Below, piece after piece: positions 1-13,259 of a stretch of 64,000 nucleotides of DNA. The stretch's first letter is position 1; each line of letters starts with the position of its first letter. The stretch covers positions 70,556,001 through 70,620,000 of the forward strand of contig OX597828.1 in NCBI GenBank assembly GCA_951406725.2, given 5' to 3'. The position numbers were made by a program, and so were the translations under genes. Origin of the DNA: Octopus vulgaris. Its lineage: Eukaryota. Below the pieces are notes generated by a model, which saw nothing but the letters and a program-made list of their open reading frames with translations, made no database searches and was not told where the DNA came from.

Positions 1-56
1 TGTGTATACATGTATGTATATATGTATGTATGTATCTATCTATCTATCTATCTATC

Positions 57-234
<178 letters not shown>

Positions 235-646
235 TACTAACGCGCACATTGATTAAACTGTGTTCCGAAATCCAAATTCCGAACTTAACATTAAAAGAAG
301 AGAATTTTGCGCTGCAAAAATATTAAAAAGCAGTGATTAGGTTTCACTTGAAAATATTAAAGACCAACAGATGAAGGTGGGCGGATCTGATGACTTTTTT
401 TTTATTGCTGTTGATTGAGATGGTAACTTTCCTTCGTGGGTCTCTTGTCAGCATCCATCGAAATACTTAACAAACGGTGCGCTATTAATGTAAGGTGTTA
501 ACAACCGGTACCCACGGACCGGTGCGAAACGATCTCAGCTTATAATCGGTAAGACTTACACACACACTCACACACACACACACACATGCACACACATATA
601 TACACGCACATACACACATACATACACACACAAACACATACATACA

Positions 647-688
<42 letters not shown>

Positions 689-1650
689 TACACACACACT
701 CACACACACATACACATACATACACACGCGCACACGCATACACACACAGATCCATACACACATACTGTCTCATTTGCACTCACGCACAATTACAATTACA
801 GAAACACATACAGTAATACACTCAACCATTGTCACATAGTCATACGCAATCACACATATAGCGGCTGACACACACACACATGCACACAGCCACACACACA
901 CAGCCACACACACACACACACACAGCCACACACACACACACTGCCACACACACACATAGCCACACACACACACAGCCACACACACACACACAGAGCCACA
1001 CACACACAATCAGCCACACACACACAGCCACACACACACAGTCACACACACATACACACAGCCACACACACACACACATACAGCCACCACCCCCACACAC
1101 ACAGCCACCCCCCACACACGATAGACACCGTTAAAACCACCATTGCATCCTCCCCACCACACAAAAGAAAAAACAAGGACAGGTTGTTGACTTAAATACA
1201 TTTCCCCAGTTTATAAATATCACACTTCCATCATCCATTCACTCTCTCAGCTGTTGCTGTTGTTATTGTTGTTGTGATGGTTGAAGTGGTGTTGGTGGTG
1301 GTGGTGATGGATTGTGATAGGAATGGTGGGGGTGGAGGCCATGCTGTAGCGGGTGTTATTCTGGGTACAAGGATTGTTTTTGCTTGCTCAGATTATTATG
1401 TTGTTATTATTATTATCATTATTATTATTAGTGTTGCTGTTGTTGTTGTTGTAGGTGGTGGTGGTTGTGTTGGTGGTGGTGGTGTTCTCTCATCATGTTT
1501 TGTTATTTCTTCTTCCTTTTTTTAATTCCGTTTAATTTTTGTTCAGCTCATCTCTTTTCCCTGGTCATCATCACCACCAGCATCATCACCACCACCACCA
1601 CCACCACCACCACCACCATCATCATCATCACCACCACCATCATCACCCCT

Positions 1651-1690
<40 letters not shown>

Positions 1691-2138
1691 CCACCACCAC
1701 CACCATCATAATCATCATCACCACCACCTCCACCATCATCATCACCACCACCACCATCATCATCACCACCACCACCATCATCCTCATCACCACCACCACC
1801 GCCGCCACCACCCAGAACAACTGTTATATTCTACTGTTTTCTATATTTCCTTTCCAGTATTTTCTAAACCCCAACGTCACCCCCTCCCCACCTCCCACAC
1901 ACTCTCTTCTCTCCTCTTCTTCATCCTTTCCCCGCCTCCTACTCTTCTTCTTCCCTTCTTCATTCTTACCCCCTCCCCTTCCTCCTACCGTTCCCGTTCT
2001 ACACGTAGATGTTGTGAGGTTGATTATTCCTCGCCGCAACACAATAATGTCTTCTCAGCGGCAATTGACAAGTCCGTTGCTAACCTGTAACATACTTACG
2101 TGCGCCTGCGCGTGTGTATGTCTATATGTGCGCGTATG

Positions 2139-2273
<135 letters not shown>

Positions 2274-2368
2274 TAATAATAAAGGGTGAAATTAATTAAT
2301 TAGGGATAATTATCAATTACACCAAGTAGATTTCGGCATGTAAAAGCCCCATACTTGGTGAAATCTGC

Positions 2369-2497
<129 letters not shown>

Positions 2498-2523
2498 AAA
2501 TGCTAATACAATTCTTGTTAAAT

Positions 2524-2574
2524 AGCTTCCTGAAGATTTCTCTTGAATGAAACAGTACTAGTCCTGTAGAAGCT
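2524..2574 (+). ncRNA. Type I hammerhead ribozyme motif (Penelope-like element associated)
   Basis: agcttc-CTGAAGA-tttc tctt gaat-GAAA-cag tactagtc ctg-TA-gaagct. Helix I agcttc/gaagct (6 bp); core CUGANGA; helix II ttc/gaa with a T-T closing mismatch; GAAA; helix III acag/ctgt; GUA cleavage triplet; palindromic actagt in loop III. Lies in a unique island between (TA)n tracts. Confidence 0.8.
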
Positions 2575-2657
2575 CCTTCTATATAATAAATTAATTTTAC
2601 TCTGCTATGTATTGAGTACCTTACTTACTGTGGTTAACCCCGAATCAACCCGGGACC

Positions 2658-2708
<51 letters not shown>

Positions 2709-2711
2709 GAT

Positions 2712-2890
2712 AGATCGTTAGCCACTACACACATTTTTTCTCTCCTTGTTTCTTTCTGTGTCCCTTTCAGTAGAAGAGCATAGGCTCGAAATGTAAAAGA
2801 CTTTTCTATTCCTGAGCGTTATACTAATACATCTATTTGTTTTGTACACCACCTGTCTTCGTCTTTTGTTGTTTTCGTAAACTCTCCCTA
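2712..2890 (+). mobile_element. Short Penelope-like terminal-repeat fragment with decayed minimal hammerhead (2764-2799)
   Basis: cttt-CAGTAGA-a-gagc atag gctc-GAAA-tg-TA-aaag; related by eye to the units at 24245-24476 and 41837-42050; flanked by (TA)n/(TG)n. Confidence 0.55.
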
Positions 2891-2915
2891 TATATGTGTG
2901 TGTGCGTGTGTGTGT

Positions 2916-2968
<53 letters not shown>

Positions 2969-3036
2969 TGTGTCTGTGTCTGTGTGTGTGTCTGTGTGTG
3001 TGTGTCTGTGTGTGTGTGTATGTGTGTGTGTGTCAA

Positions 3037-3631
3037 TGACCATGACAGTAAAAGTTGTCAAAGCGATACCTGCTCAGAGGCCTACGCAAAGTTTCAGAAA
3101 GCGTATGGAGTAGAGTGTATGAGCCGCACACAAGTGTCCGAGTGGTTCAGACGTTTCCAAGTCGAAAAAAATGTTGATATTGACGAAGATTCTGGGAAAC
3201 CCACAACCAGCAGAACTGATTAAAACCTCTCAGATGTGCGAGCAGCTGTGAGGGGAAATGTGTGTCTGCCAAGTTTGTACTAAAACTACTTTCAGCTGAC
3301 CAAAGGGACACTCGGGTTTCAGTTGCACAAGATCTCCTTGATTATGTTGAGAACGATGAAAGCTTTTCGAAAACTTTGCGTAGGCCTCTGAGCAGATATT
3401 GCCAAGCTTTTGGCAAAATTGGATACAGATTCTCGGCTCAACTTTCTCTGTCATGGTCAACATGACGATCACAAGCTACACACCTTCCTTCCAAGCACTG
3501 ATGTAAACAACGGAAGTGAGCTAGAACGTTAAAACTTAGTTCAAAGCCAATCTGTGCCAAGCGGCTTCACTCTCTCTGCTTTAGCTTCGTTACTATGGTA
3601 ACAGACCGGTTACTTATTGATCAGACCACGT
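3037..3631. mobile_element. Decayed, rearranged Tc1/mariner element (two inverted copies of the transposase 5' end)
   Basis: + strand encodes mariner HTH-like [29 protein letters not shown]...DEDSGKPTTSRTD. The - strand (3358-3475) encodes [28 protein letters not shown], the same N-terminus. Mariner-like TIR (ccggttacttattgatcagaccacg) at 3606-3630. Confidence 0.8.
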
Positions 3632-3856
3632 GTGTGTGTGTGTGTGTATACGTACGCACATCCATACGAAACGTCCTGTTTTTACCATTTTGATTTTGTC
3701 TTGAGTTCGTAAACGAACGAAAGCAATAATAAAGAATCACCCAAAATTCTGACTGCCTCCTTTTTCTCAATATACAATATCTGTACACCACTTCAAACAC
3801 TCTATACTTACATACATATATATATATATGTTGTATGTATGTATGATGTATGTATG

Positions 3857-3889
<33 letters not shown>

Positions 3890-4342
3890 GAGTTAGCTAT
3901 ATTTATAACCTCCACAATATAATATATTCGTGTGTGTGCATATATATACACACACGCGCGCGTACACACACACACACACACACATAATACACAGTTACAT
4001 AGGAATGCTATCTCTCCCCACCCCCATCATCACTTTTTCTACCCCAAACATATACCACCTCCCTCTTCTTTCTCTCCCCCTCTCTCTCACTTTCTCTCTT
4101 TCCTGCTGACCCCTTAATTCTCTCCCCCCTCCTCTCAATTACTCTCACTTTCGCTACATCCTTCTCCCCTCTCTCACCCCCTTTATTCTAATTATATCTC
4201 AATTCCGACGATAAATGCAGCTGTTATCTCTAATATTTCGTTATTACCATCTTGATGGATGTCGCCGTCGTTATCATCACCATCATCATCATCATCACTA
4301 TCATCGTCACCATCGTTGCTATCATCTTCATCATCGCCATCA

Positions 4343-4382
<40 letters not shown>

Positions 4383-5077
4383 CTACCAACGCCATCATCA
4401 TCATCATCATCATCGTCGTCGTAGGCGACGGCGGCGACGTCATCACTACCTGACATAGTTGCTAGCTTCATCGCCACCCCCGTCACTATTGCCATCGCCA
4501 CAACCATCATCACCACCCACATCATCATCACCACCACAATCATCTCAACCACCACTCACACAAACCCTGCAGCCACCACCAATCCACCATCTCCCCATCA
4601 CCGCCACCAATACCACCATTATCATGACTACCACCACCACCTTCACTACTACCATCCCCACCCACCATCCACCATCACTACTAATAATATCCACACACCA
4701 CCCCCATACACACACACTCAGGCACCATCTGTATCTCTGTTGTCCTGACAATCTAAAGAATTACGTTATTGCGTTTTGTTTACCGTCTTTGATCTGGTGC
4801 CATTGTGGAAATGGTTGGAATCTAAATAATAAACCAATCGAAATCGGTGGAGCTGTGTCTGGTAACCTGGAGAACCAGAACTTGAATCACAAGGTGAAGA
4901 GTACAGTAAACTATCACTCACGTGAGAGTACAGCTTGGTAACGTGTACCATGATTTCGCTAATTGTTTCCGATGCCTGTGTAGTCGCGAGCAAACACAGA
5001 CTCACCCTCGCCTCCATCCACCTCATCCTTGGCCCAACAGAAGAAACCATTATTAATATTATTATTACCGTTGGGTT

Positions 5078-5470
5078 GCGGCGAGCTGGCAGAATCGTTA
5101 GCACGCCGGGCGAAATGCGTAGCCGTATTTCGTCTGCCGTTACATTCTGAGTTCAAATTGCGCCGAGATCGACTTTGCCTTTCATCCTTTCGGGGTCGAT
5201 TAAATAAGTACCAGTTACACACTGGGGTCGATATAATCGACTTAATCCGTTTGTCTGTCCTTGTTTGTCCTCTCTGTGTTTAGCCCCTTGTGGGTAGTAA
5301 AGAAATAGGTATTTCGTCTGTTGCTGCGTTCTGAGTTCAAATTCCACCGATGTCAACTTTGCTTTTCACCCTTTCGGGGTCGATGAAATAAAACCCAGTT
5401 GCGCACTGGGATTGATGTAATCGATTAACCCCGTTACCTGAACTTGCTTGTCTTGTGCCAAAATCGAAAA
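5078..5470 (+). mobile_element. tRNA-derived SINE family A (Meta-domain-like), with internal tandem partial duplication
   Basis: A box tggcagaatcg; B box gttcaaattg; central gactttgcctttcatcctttcggggtcgat...aagtaccag; second B box plus core at ~5330-5430; many copies in the window. Confidence 0.85.
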
Positions 5471-5679
5471 CCAATATAGTTATAGTTATGGCGGTGTATC
5501 AGCAGAGTCGTTAAAGAACCGGTAAAAAATACGTTGCAGCATTTGTCTCATCTGTTTGCAATCTTGGTTCAATCCTCGTCGGAGTCAGTTTTGTCTCTCA
5601 TCCTTTCGGGAACGATAAAATAAAGTAACCAATCAAATATCTCCCCTCAGAATGACTGGCCTTATCTGTTATGTTTTAT

Positions 5680-6750
5680 TTTCTTCGGTCATTGGACTGC
5701 GGCCATGCTGGAACACCGCCGTGAAAGATTTTAGTACAACAGATCGACCCCAATACTTATTTTTGGTTTTTATAATGTAGCACTTATTTTATCGGTCTTT
5801 TTTACTGACGCGCTAAGTTACAGGAACGTAAACAAACCAACAAGTGGTGTGGATGGAGTACACGAACATACACATACACACACACACATATATATATATA
5901 TATATGTGGGGGGGGTCTCTCCTCTCTTAAGTGATATTGGTAACATGGAATCCAGCACCAGCTGTCGCATGGTCGGGTCGTCGGCAACTAAGCCGGTGCC
6001 CCCACTCGGGTTGCTTGGTGAGGAGGGTTGCTAGAAACTCAACAGAACTAAAAACAAGACCAAGCAAATGGACGGAGGAATTTGGTGTCGGTTCAACAAC
6101 CATCAAGCAATAGAACGGTTCCTCAGAAGTTCCGGGTTGACGTTCGCCACCCCTCAGCTTTTGTGGAAGCATATCTCTAGGAGAAGGTCACTCTGATATA
6201 AAACCAGACATGAAGGGAATGGCATTGGACATTTTGAGGATCTTTTGTTTGCGCTTCAGATCATTGTTCTCCCACATTCCTGAGCCTGCGACCCTTATTG
6301 GCGCTGGATATCTTGCCTTTGCTTGTCTCTGGATCATGTCAGTAGGGCTGAAAGGGTTTGTGATATGTTGTACTCGACTTATATTGGACATACAGCAATT
6401 TTAGGCTGTGCAATGCCTGGTCGAATAGGAGGGCGCTGTGGTGAGCATCCAAGCCGTGGGTGTGAAGCCCTCATTCACAGGAATTGCTGGCATTTTGCAT
6501 GGACAAGGGTCAGTGATGGGTTTCTTCGGTCACGAGTGGACAACCATCATGTATGTGTGTGTAAGTGTTTGTATGTGAGTGTATCTGTGTGTGTGCATAT
6601 ACAGCGGCCTTCGACACAGTTCCCCACTCACAAATCATTGGTGGGCCCCGAGCTATAGCAGAGGACAGTTACCCAAAGTGTCACACAGTGGGACCGAACC
6701 CGAAACCACACAGTTGCAAAGCAAACTCCTTAACCACACAGCCAGGCCAT
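5680..6750 (-). mobile_element. tRNA-derived SINE family B (CORE-like) interrupted by a ~640-bp insertion
   Basis: Tail (gactgcggccatgctggaacaccgcc) at 5680-5850 and head at 6600-6750 match the intact family B copies; non-SINE sequence lies between them. Confidence 0.65.
5905..6545. mobile_element. Probable LINE (RTE-like 5' UTR) fragment nested in a SINE
   Basis: Contains tctaggagaaggtcactctgatataaaacc, resembling RTE-clade 5' UTR motifs; GC-richer than flanks; no intact ORF. Confidence 0.35.
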
Positions 6751-7360
6751 TACCTAAATCAGAAACGATTACTATTTATGGCGAGCCACTCACCCTTCTC
6801 TTCCTAAATCCAAATTTTCTGGGCAATTGTTGATTTTCACACTCATTTCCTCTCCATTATGTCTCACAGGAGATTCTACAAGAAGACACGATTCTCACCA
6901 TTCTTCTGAAGAGCTTCATTTTTAATATTCGTTTGTGTGTCTTTTTCTTTCCATTTTCTTCTTATCTAAATATTTTCCTTCCGTGTTCTTCACTTCCCGT
7001 TTATTGTTTTCTTTTATTAAGACAAAATATTTATTCTTTATTTCCAGTTTCCTTATTAAACTAATCAGTCTCCTCTGCTTGTTTTCATTTTCTAGACTCA
7101 CTGTTTGTTATTTTGTACTAATAATAATTCTTTCTATCTCTCTGTGCCATGCACCATCTTTCCGGGTAAACTAAAACGAAACGGATCTCCGTCGTATGCT
7201 ATGAGGATTCAGTGGTTCGGTCGACTGAATTACCTGCTCTTGAATCAACATGTTCGAAGCCGATTTTTCCATTGACGCATGTGTGCCCTAAATTTAATTC
7301 TCAGACAGAATCAGGGTGACACGGGGCGTGTGATGTAAGGTTTGAATTTCATGTACAATG

Positions 7361-7713
7361 AGCGCAGGCGTGACTAAATGTAAGAAGCTTGTTTCAAAGT
7401 TGCATGGCTCTGGGTTCAGTCCCACTGCATGGCACCTTGAGCAAGTGTCTTCTTTATAGCCTCGGTCTGACCAAACACTTGTGTGCGGAAACTGAAAGAC
7501 ATCTGTGTGTGTGTGCTCCACCACCGGTTGATAACCAGTGTTGGTTTGTTTACGTTCTTGTGGTCCGGCAAAAGAGACCGATAGAATAAGTACCAAAGTA
7601 CCAGGCTTCCGGAAAAAAATAAAATAAAATAACATAAAATTATAATAAGCACTAGGACCGATGTATCCAAGGCGGTGCTCCAGGATGGCCGCAGTTCAGT
7701 GACTGAAGCAATC
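7361..7713 (+). mobile_element. SINE family B (CORE-like)
   Basis: Head gcgcaggcgtgact; B box ggttcagtccc; CORE-like ccttgagcaagtgtctt; internal (GT)n; tail ggcggtgctccaggatggccgcag...gactgaa. Confidence 0.8.
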
Positions 7714-8221
7714 AAAATTCATCCAAGGGGCTTCTATGCAGTTTCTATTTTCTCATTTTCACTCACATGATATGGCTCGACCCGAGACAATAGGAACATA
7801 TCAGACGGTGGGATCGAACCAAGGTCCTCAAGGTTGCAAAACGAACTTCTTAGCCATTCAGCTTCACTCTATCTCCAGTATTTTACATAGCAATAACCAT
7901 GAAAATTTTGGCATAAGGAAAGTGGCTGAGTACTCCTCCGACATTTAGTACCTCGAGCAAAATGAGTGTGATACAACGTGTGACAAGGCTGTATCTCTTA
8001 AATTGCAGGTACAGTTCCTCTGTCGGGATTCTACGTAGTTTCCGTCCACCCCCATTCCACCCAAACTGTCCCGCGCATAGGTATGACTGTGTGGTCAGAA
8101 GTTTGCTTCGATATTGATTTGGGTTCAGGCAGCGGTGAATATCGATCTCTCGAACACATTTCACTTCGAACTTCCAATCACTCGCTTGAAAGTGTACATA
8201 ACTATTTCTATTTTCATTTTT

Positions 8222-8435
8222 TGCTTGTTTCAGTCATTGGGTTGCGCGGCCATGCTGGAGCATCACCTTGGAGGGCTTTAGTCGAACAAATCGACTTCGG
8301 TACTTAAGTTGAATTTTTTTAAATCTATAAGTCCAGCACTAAACAGCTAAGCTTCGGGAACGTGAACAAACTAACGCCGGTTCTCAAGCTGTAGATGGGG
8401 TAACAAACACAGGCACAATGACACACACACACACA

Positions 8436-8503
<68 letters not shown>

Positions 8504-8665
8504 ATGGGCTTCCATACATTTTCTGTTTTCTGTCTACCAGATTCCCTCACAAGTCATTGGTTGGTCCCAAGACGACACTTATCCAAGGTGCCACGCAATG
8601 GGACTGAACCGGGAACCCCATAACTACAAAACGACCTCCTTACCGACCCAGCCATGCCTGCGCCT
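8222..8665 (-). mobile_element. SINE family B
   Basis: Reverse-complement match to 7361-7713 with expanded internal (CA)n. Confidence 0.8.
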
Positions 8666-9036
8666 ACAACCAACGTATTTCTTCCTTATATTTTATTTCT
8701 CACATTTAACAAAATATTCAACATTTTAAACTGATTTTTCTCAAATTCTCGTCTCAAATTTTCTCCTTCATTTCTACATGCTGTATCTTATTAATTATAC
8801 TTCCTCTTGATTATTTCTAGGGGGAGGGTTTCATTTTTATTCTCCAATTTCAGAATCTGAAATTAATGTCTTCGTTTTTAATTAACTTCTCTCCTTTACT
8901 AAAATTAATTTGCTCCATTAATCTAATCCCATATTCATTTTCACATTAACAGCTGAAGTCATGGACTGTTTCACTGGTTTTTCTTTTCTTTCTTTCGCTG
9001 GATATATATATCCTCAATAGTTTTAGATAATCCATA

Positions 9037-9410
9037 GAGGCGCAAGCACGACTGTGCAGTTGGTTAAGAGGCACGCTTTGCAGCCACGTGGTTTTGAGTT
9101 CAGTTCCACTTCGCGGCAGTTTGGATTAGTATCTTCCACAATAGCGTCGAGTTGGTCAATGCCTCGTGTGTGAATGGGATAGACGGAAACTGTGTGGAAG
9201 CCCGCCATGTGTGTGTGTGTGTGTGTTTGACCCCACTATCGTTTGTATACGTCTCCGTATCTCAGTGGCTCGGCAAAAAAACCGATACAAGAAACTCCAA
9301 GCGTTTAAAACGAAAACTACATATGTAGTTTGAGTCGATTTGTTTGAGTAAAATCGTTTAAGGTAGAGCTCCAGCATGGTCGCAATCCAATGACTGAAAC
9401 AAGTAAATGA
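9037..9410 (+). mobile_element. SINE family B (diverged)
   Basis: ggcgcaagcacgactg head; gagttcagttcc; gacggaaactg; tail ctccagcatggtcgca...gactgaaacaagtaaa. Confidence 0.75.
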
Positions 9411-10028
9411 CTAAAAAAATGATAGAAATTAGGAATAATTCATTGTGATGGTGGTTTCTGGTGTTGTTTTTGTTGTTGTTGTGGTGGTGGTGGTGGTGGT
9501 GGTGGTGGTGGTGGTGGTGGTGGTGGCGGTGGTGATGGTGGTGTTAGTGGTGGTAGTGGTGGTGGTGGTGATGGTGGTGATGGTGGTGGTGGTGGTGGTG
9601 GTGTTAGTGGTGGTAGTGGTGGCGGTGGTGATGGTGGTGTTAGTGGTGGTAGTGGTGGTGGCGGTGATGGTGGTGTGGTGATGGTGGTGATGGTGGTGTG
9701 GTGGTGGTGTTAGTGGTGGTAGTGGTGGCGGTGGTGATTGTGGTGTTAGTGGTGGTAGTGGTGGTGGTGGTGATGGTGGTGATGGTGGTGGTGGCGGTGG
9801 TGATGGTGGTGGTTGCTGGTGTTGCTGTTGTTATTTAGCAGAATTGTTAGAATGCGGGCAAAATGCTTCTGGTTTTACATTTTGAGTTCAAATTCTACCG
9901 AGCCCGACTCTGCTTTTTCCCCTTCGGGGTTGATAAATAAGTACCAGTTGTGTACTGGAGCCCAGATAATTGACCTACCCCTCCACTCAAAATTGCAGTC
10001 CTTACCTATAACAGAAAGGTTTATTATT

Positions 10029-10528
10029 TCAACATTTTTTGTATCTCACCCCTATGATGGAATTTAGGTGGGTTTACACTTGGATTAACAAGTCACCACC
10101 TGTCATCACAGCCATCTTAGAACTTTCAAATGATCTTTGCTGTTCCTAACAAGCAGACCAGTTGCATGTATTCTGTCTGCTTCTGCAAACCAATCTTTTC
10201 TGCCAATTCCTTGAGCCTCTTTCACATCCTTCTTAAGGTTCCCGAAGGACCACAGACAGACAGTACTTTATGCAATATGCGTGCAGTTCCGAGTAATGCC
10301 AACTTTTACAATAAATTTAGGTTGTAGAGTATTTCTAAGGTTTCCAGATGTTATTTTCAGACTGGGTGGTATTGAATCCAATGCTCCGATGACAATAGGG
10401 ATAACCTTTATGTTCGACTCTTGTAGTTGCCACATCTTAACAATCTCAATTCTCAGGTCTCCATATTTATCAACCATTTCTCTTTCTTTCTTGCTAATAT
10501 GTTGATCTCCTGGCACTGCCACGTCGAT
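10029..10528 (-). mobile_element. R4/Dong-like non-LTR retrotransposon 3' fragments (restriction-like endonuclease C-terminus), two fused pieces
   Basis: IDVAVPGDQHISKKEREMVDKYGDLRIEIVKMW...VIPIVIGAL, followed by a second C-terminus KIGLQKQTEYMQLVCLLGTAKII; directly abuts (TAA)n at 10528-10623. Confidence 0.85.
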
Positions 10529-10550
10529 TATTATTATTATTATTATTATA

Positions 10551-10625
<75 letters not shown>

Positions 10626-10955
10626 CATGTAAAAAAAAAAAGCGCTGAACCAGTAGATTTATTAGGGCATTGGACAAAAGCTCTATGTTTTGTTAGATCA
10701 GGTTTGTCTTTGGGCTCAACAACAACTGTAACAGTTATTACAACAACAACAAGGACAACAACAGCAATTACATCAATAACAAATGCAATAACAAACAACA
10801 AAAACAACAATAATTTCAACTCTGCGAACAACAGCGATTGTTATATCAAAGACAAAAGAACAACGACAATAACATCAGCAACAATTATAAAAAGAAGCAT
10901 AACACAAGCATAACAGCAACAACAACCAAAGTAACAACAAATCTACATGAAGAGA

Positions 10956-10986
<31 letters not shown>

Positions 10987-11192
10987 TGCGGTGTTACTCG
11001 TTACGTAGCTTGAAGTAAAATGGCGGCGGTAAATTCACGAAATTCTCGGTTGACGAGAGAATAATCATGGCGGAGCTTCTTAAATACCAAGTCAGCCATG
11101 GAATGTGTGTACGTGAGTGTGTGTGTGTGTGTGTGCACGTGTTTAGGTATTTGCGTGTGCGTGTATGCTATTCGTGTTTATGTGTGTTAGTA

Positions 11193-11224
<32 letters not shown>

Positions 11225-11894
11225 TGTGTAAGTTTATGGGTGATGCAGCATATCGATGTGTGTGTGTGTTGGTGGATGTGTATGAGTATGTATGTGTGTA
11301 TGTGAGAGTGACTATGTTTGTAGTTAGTGTGTGTATTTATGTGTGTGTGTGTGTGCGACAAAGAAAGTGTTTGAGCAGTTTAAATAATATGTGTGTTTGT
11401 GTGTGTGTGTGTGTGCTCGTATATGCTTATGTGAATGTGTGTATATGCTTGCGTGCTTGTATGTGTGCTCGTATACGTTTACATGTATACGTAAGTGTAT
11501 GTATATGAATGTATAGCTATGTATTATGGATGTGTAGGTTCGTATACAATTGTGTGCATGGTCATGTGTGCGCATGTAGACGTGTATGTATGTGCATGCT
11601 CTTTTCTGTATGAGTGTGTGTTCCGATATATTACAGCGTATGTGTATGTATTCATATATGTGTGTGTGCATGGGAGGTTAAGACGGAATTTGTATATGAC
11701 GATATATCCTAATAGACCGATTGATATGCAACATCTGGCAGTGATATCACTGTAACAATGTGTTAAGGTCACAAGCGACAGAGATGTCGCTCCAATATCA
11801 CTCTATTCAGTGTACGTGATATCACGTCTGACAGATGTAATGTTACTTCAAATGGTGATATAACTACAATGGTTTCAATTTTTTGGCACATGTG

Positions 11895-12035
11895 ACTGGT
11901 ACTTATTTTATCGACCACAAAAGGATGAAAGGCAAAGTCGACCTCGGCGGAATTTGAACTCAAAACGTAAAGAACGGGAACGAATGTCGCAAAACATTTT
12001 CCCCGATGCTGAACCAATTCTGCCAGCTGGCCGCC
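11895..12035 (-). mobile_element. SINE family A
   Basis: ctggtacttattttatcgacc...ggatgaaaggcaaagtcgacctcggcggaatttgaactc...ttctgccagct. Confidence 0.8.
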
Positions 12036-12294
12036 TCAACTGGTGATATAATATTACATTAACGGTTTATTTCGTTGGAATTTATGTGATAATATTTCCT
12101 CTGACAGTTTATATATCACTCAAAGTTATCAACCATGTAATATCGTTATGGCGGTAAGTCGTTGTTTGTTAATGTGTTATTAATTGCTGTTTAAACTTAA
12201 GAACGGCAATTCGTAGCCAGCAATGAAAGCGAATTCTTTGCCGCTTTTTTTCGATTCCACTGGACAAATGTACGAGTTTATTTGTTGTCTTTGT

Positions 12295-12870
12295 GCCTTA
12301 GGACATGTCTGACCCAGCGGAACTTGAGCTTTCGTTATTCTTCGATCACATCGATCATTCTACTCCATTATCGGATTAATTCCTTTCGTATTCTTCGTTC
12401 GTACTCCTGGGGTGGATCTTTCCTCGGTCCTCAGTGTTGTGATCAGTTGCTGTTCTTTAGTAGCTCGACGTTGATGTTTCCACCACCATTCCAGTTAACG
12501 TCTCCGACGCCTATTTCCGAAAGTCAGGTGACGAGCTTTGGAGAGATGGTATCCACTGCCGTTTTAAGGTATTGGCACACTGCGTGGTTGTCCGGGTGCC
12601 TCACGAGTCCAGGGCCTCAACTATGATTCAATGTACGATGCGAATCGCTGTCAATACGTAGACATTACAGGGCCTGGAGCACTGATTTGCCCCCACAAGC
12701 CTATAATGTTGCTAAGAGTGCTGTGTCGATGCCTCCTTGTTTGACACCCTCTCCGACAGGAACTCTTACGGATGGTGACAGTAAAGCTACGTCTGGGGTA
12801 CATCCTGAATCTATATCCAAAGAGACGCTTCATATATTGAACCTCGATCAATTGCATGGTCACAACACAA
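12295..12870 (-). mobile_element. Decayed RTE-clade LINE reverse transcriptase fragment
   Basis: Minus-strand translation gives VRVPVGEGVKQG...DTISPKL (RT motif GVxQGDxxSPxL) and downstream KLKFRWVRHV (cf. KWRWAGHV); stops and frameshifts present. Confidence 0.7.
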
Positions 12871-13152
12871 AGATAAACAGATGGTGTTAGTACAGGGATC
12901 GAAGGGTCCGAGAAATAGGAAAGAGTGAAGTGAATTAACGTTTCGGATTGTTGCCCTTCTTTGAAATAGGATGTAGAGTGAACAGAGGGGAGAAACTGCG
13001 TGGAAAACGAGGGGGTGGGGATGAATAGGACAACTGAACAGAAAATTCTGCTGGGAATTGTCTACACGGTAACCGGTACCCACTCAAGAAAACGCGCGCA
13101 CTCGTGTGTATCTGTGTATGTGTCTGTGTGTGCGTGTGTGTGTGTGCGTGTG

Positions 13153-13219
<67 letters not shown>

Positions 13220-13259
13220 ACGTGTGTGTTTGTGTATATTATATTATATTATATTATTA

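Noticed and set aside
452-548. AG...GTAAG-bounded candidate exon
   Set aside because: Stop codons in all three frames.
2295-2365. Minus-strand caccaag…ggc/gcc-GAAA…cttggtg hammerhead-like fold in (TA)n
   Set aside because: The CUGANGA core is missing; possibly a relic but not supportable.
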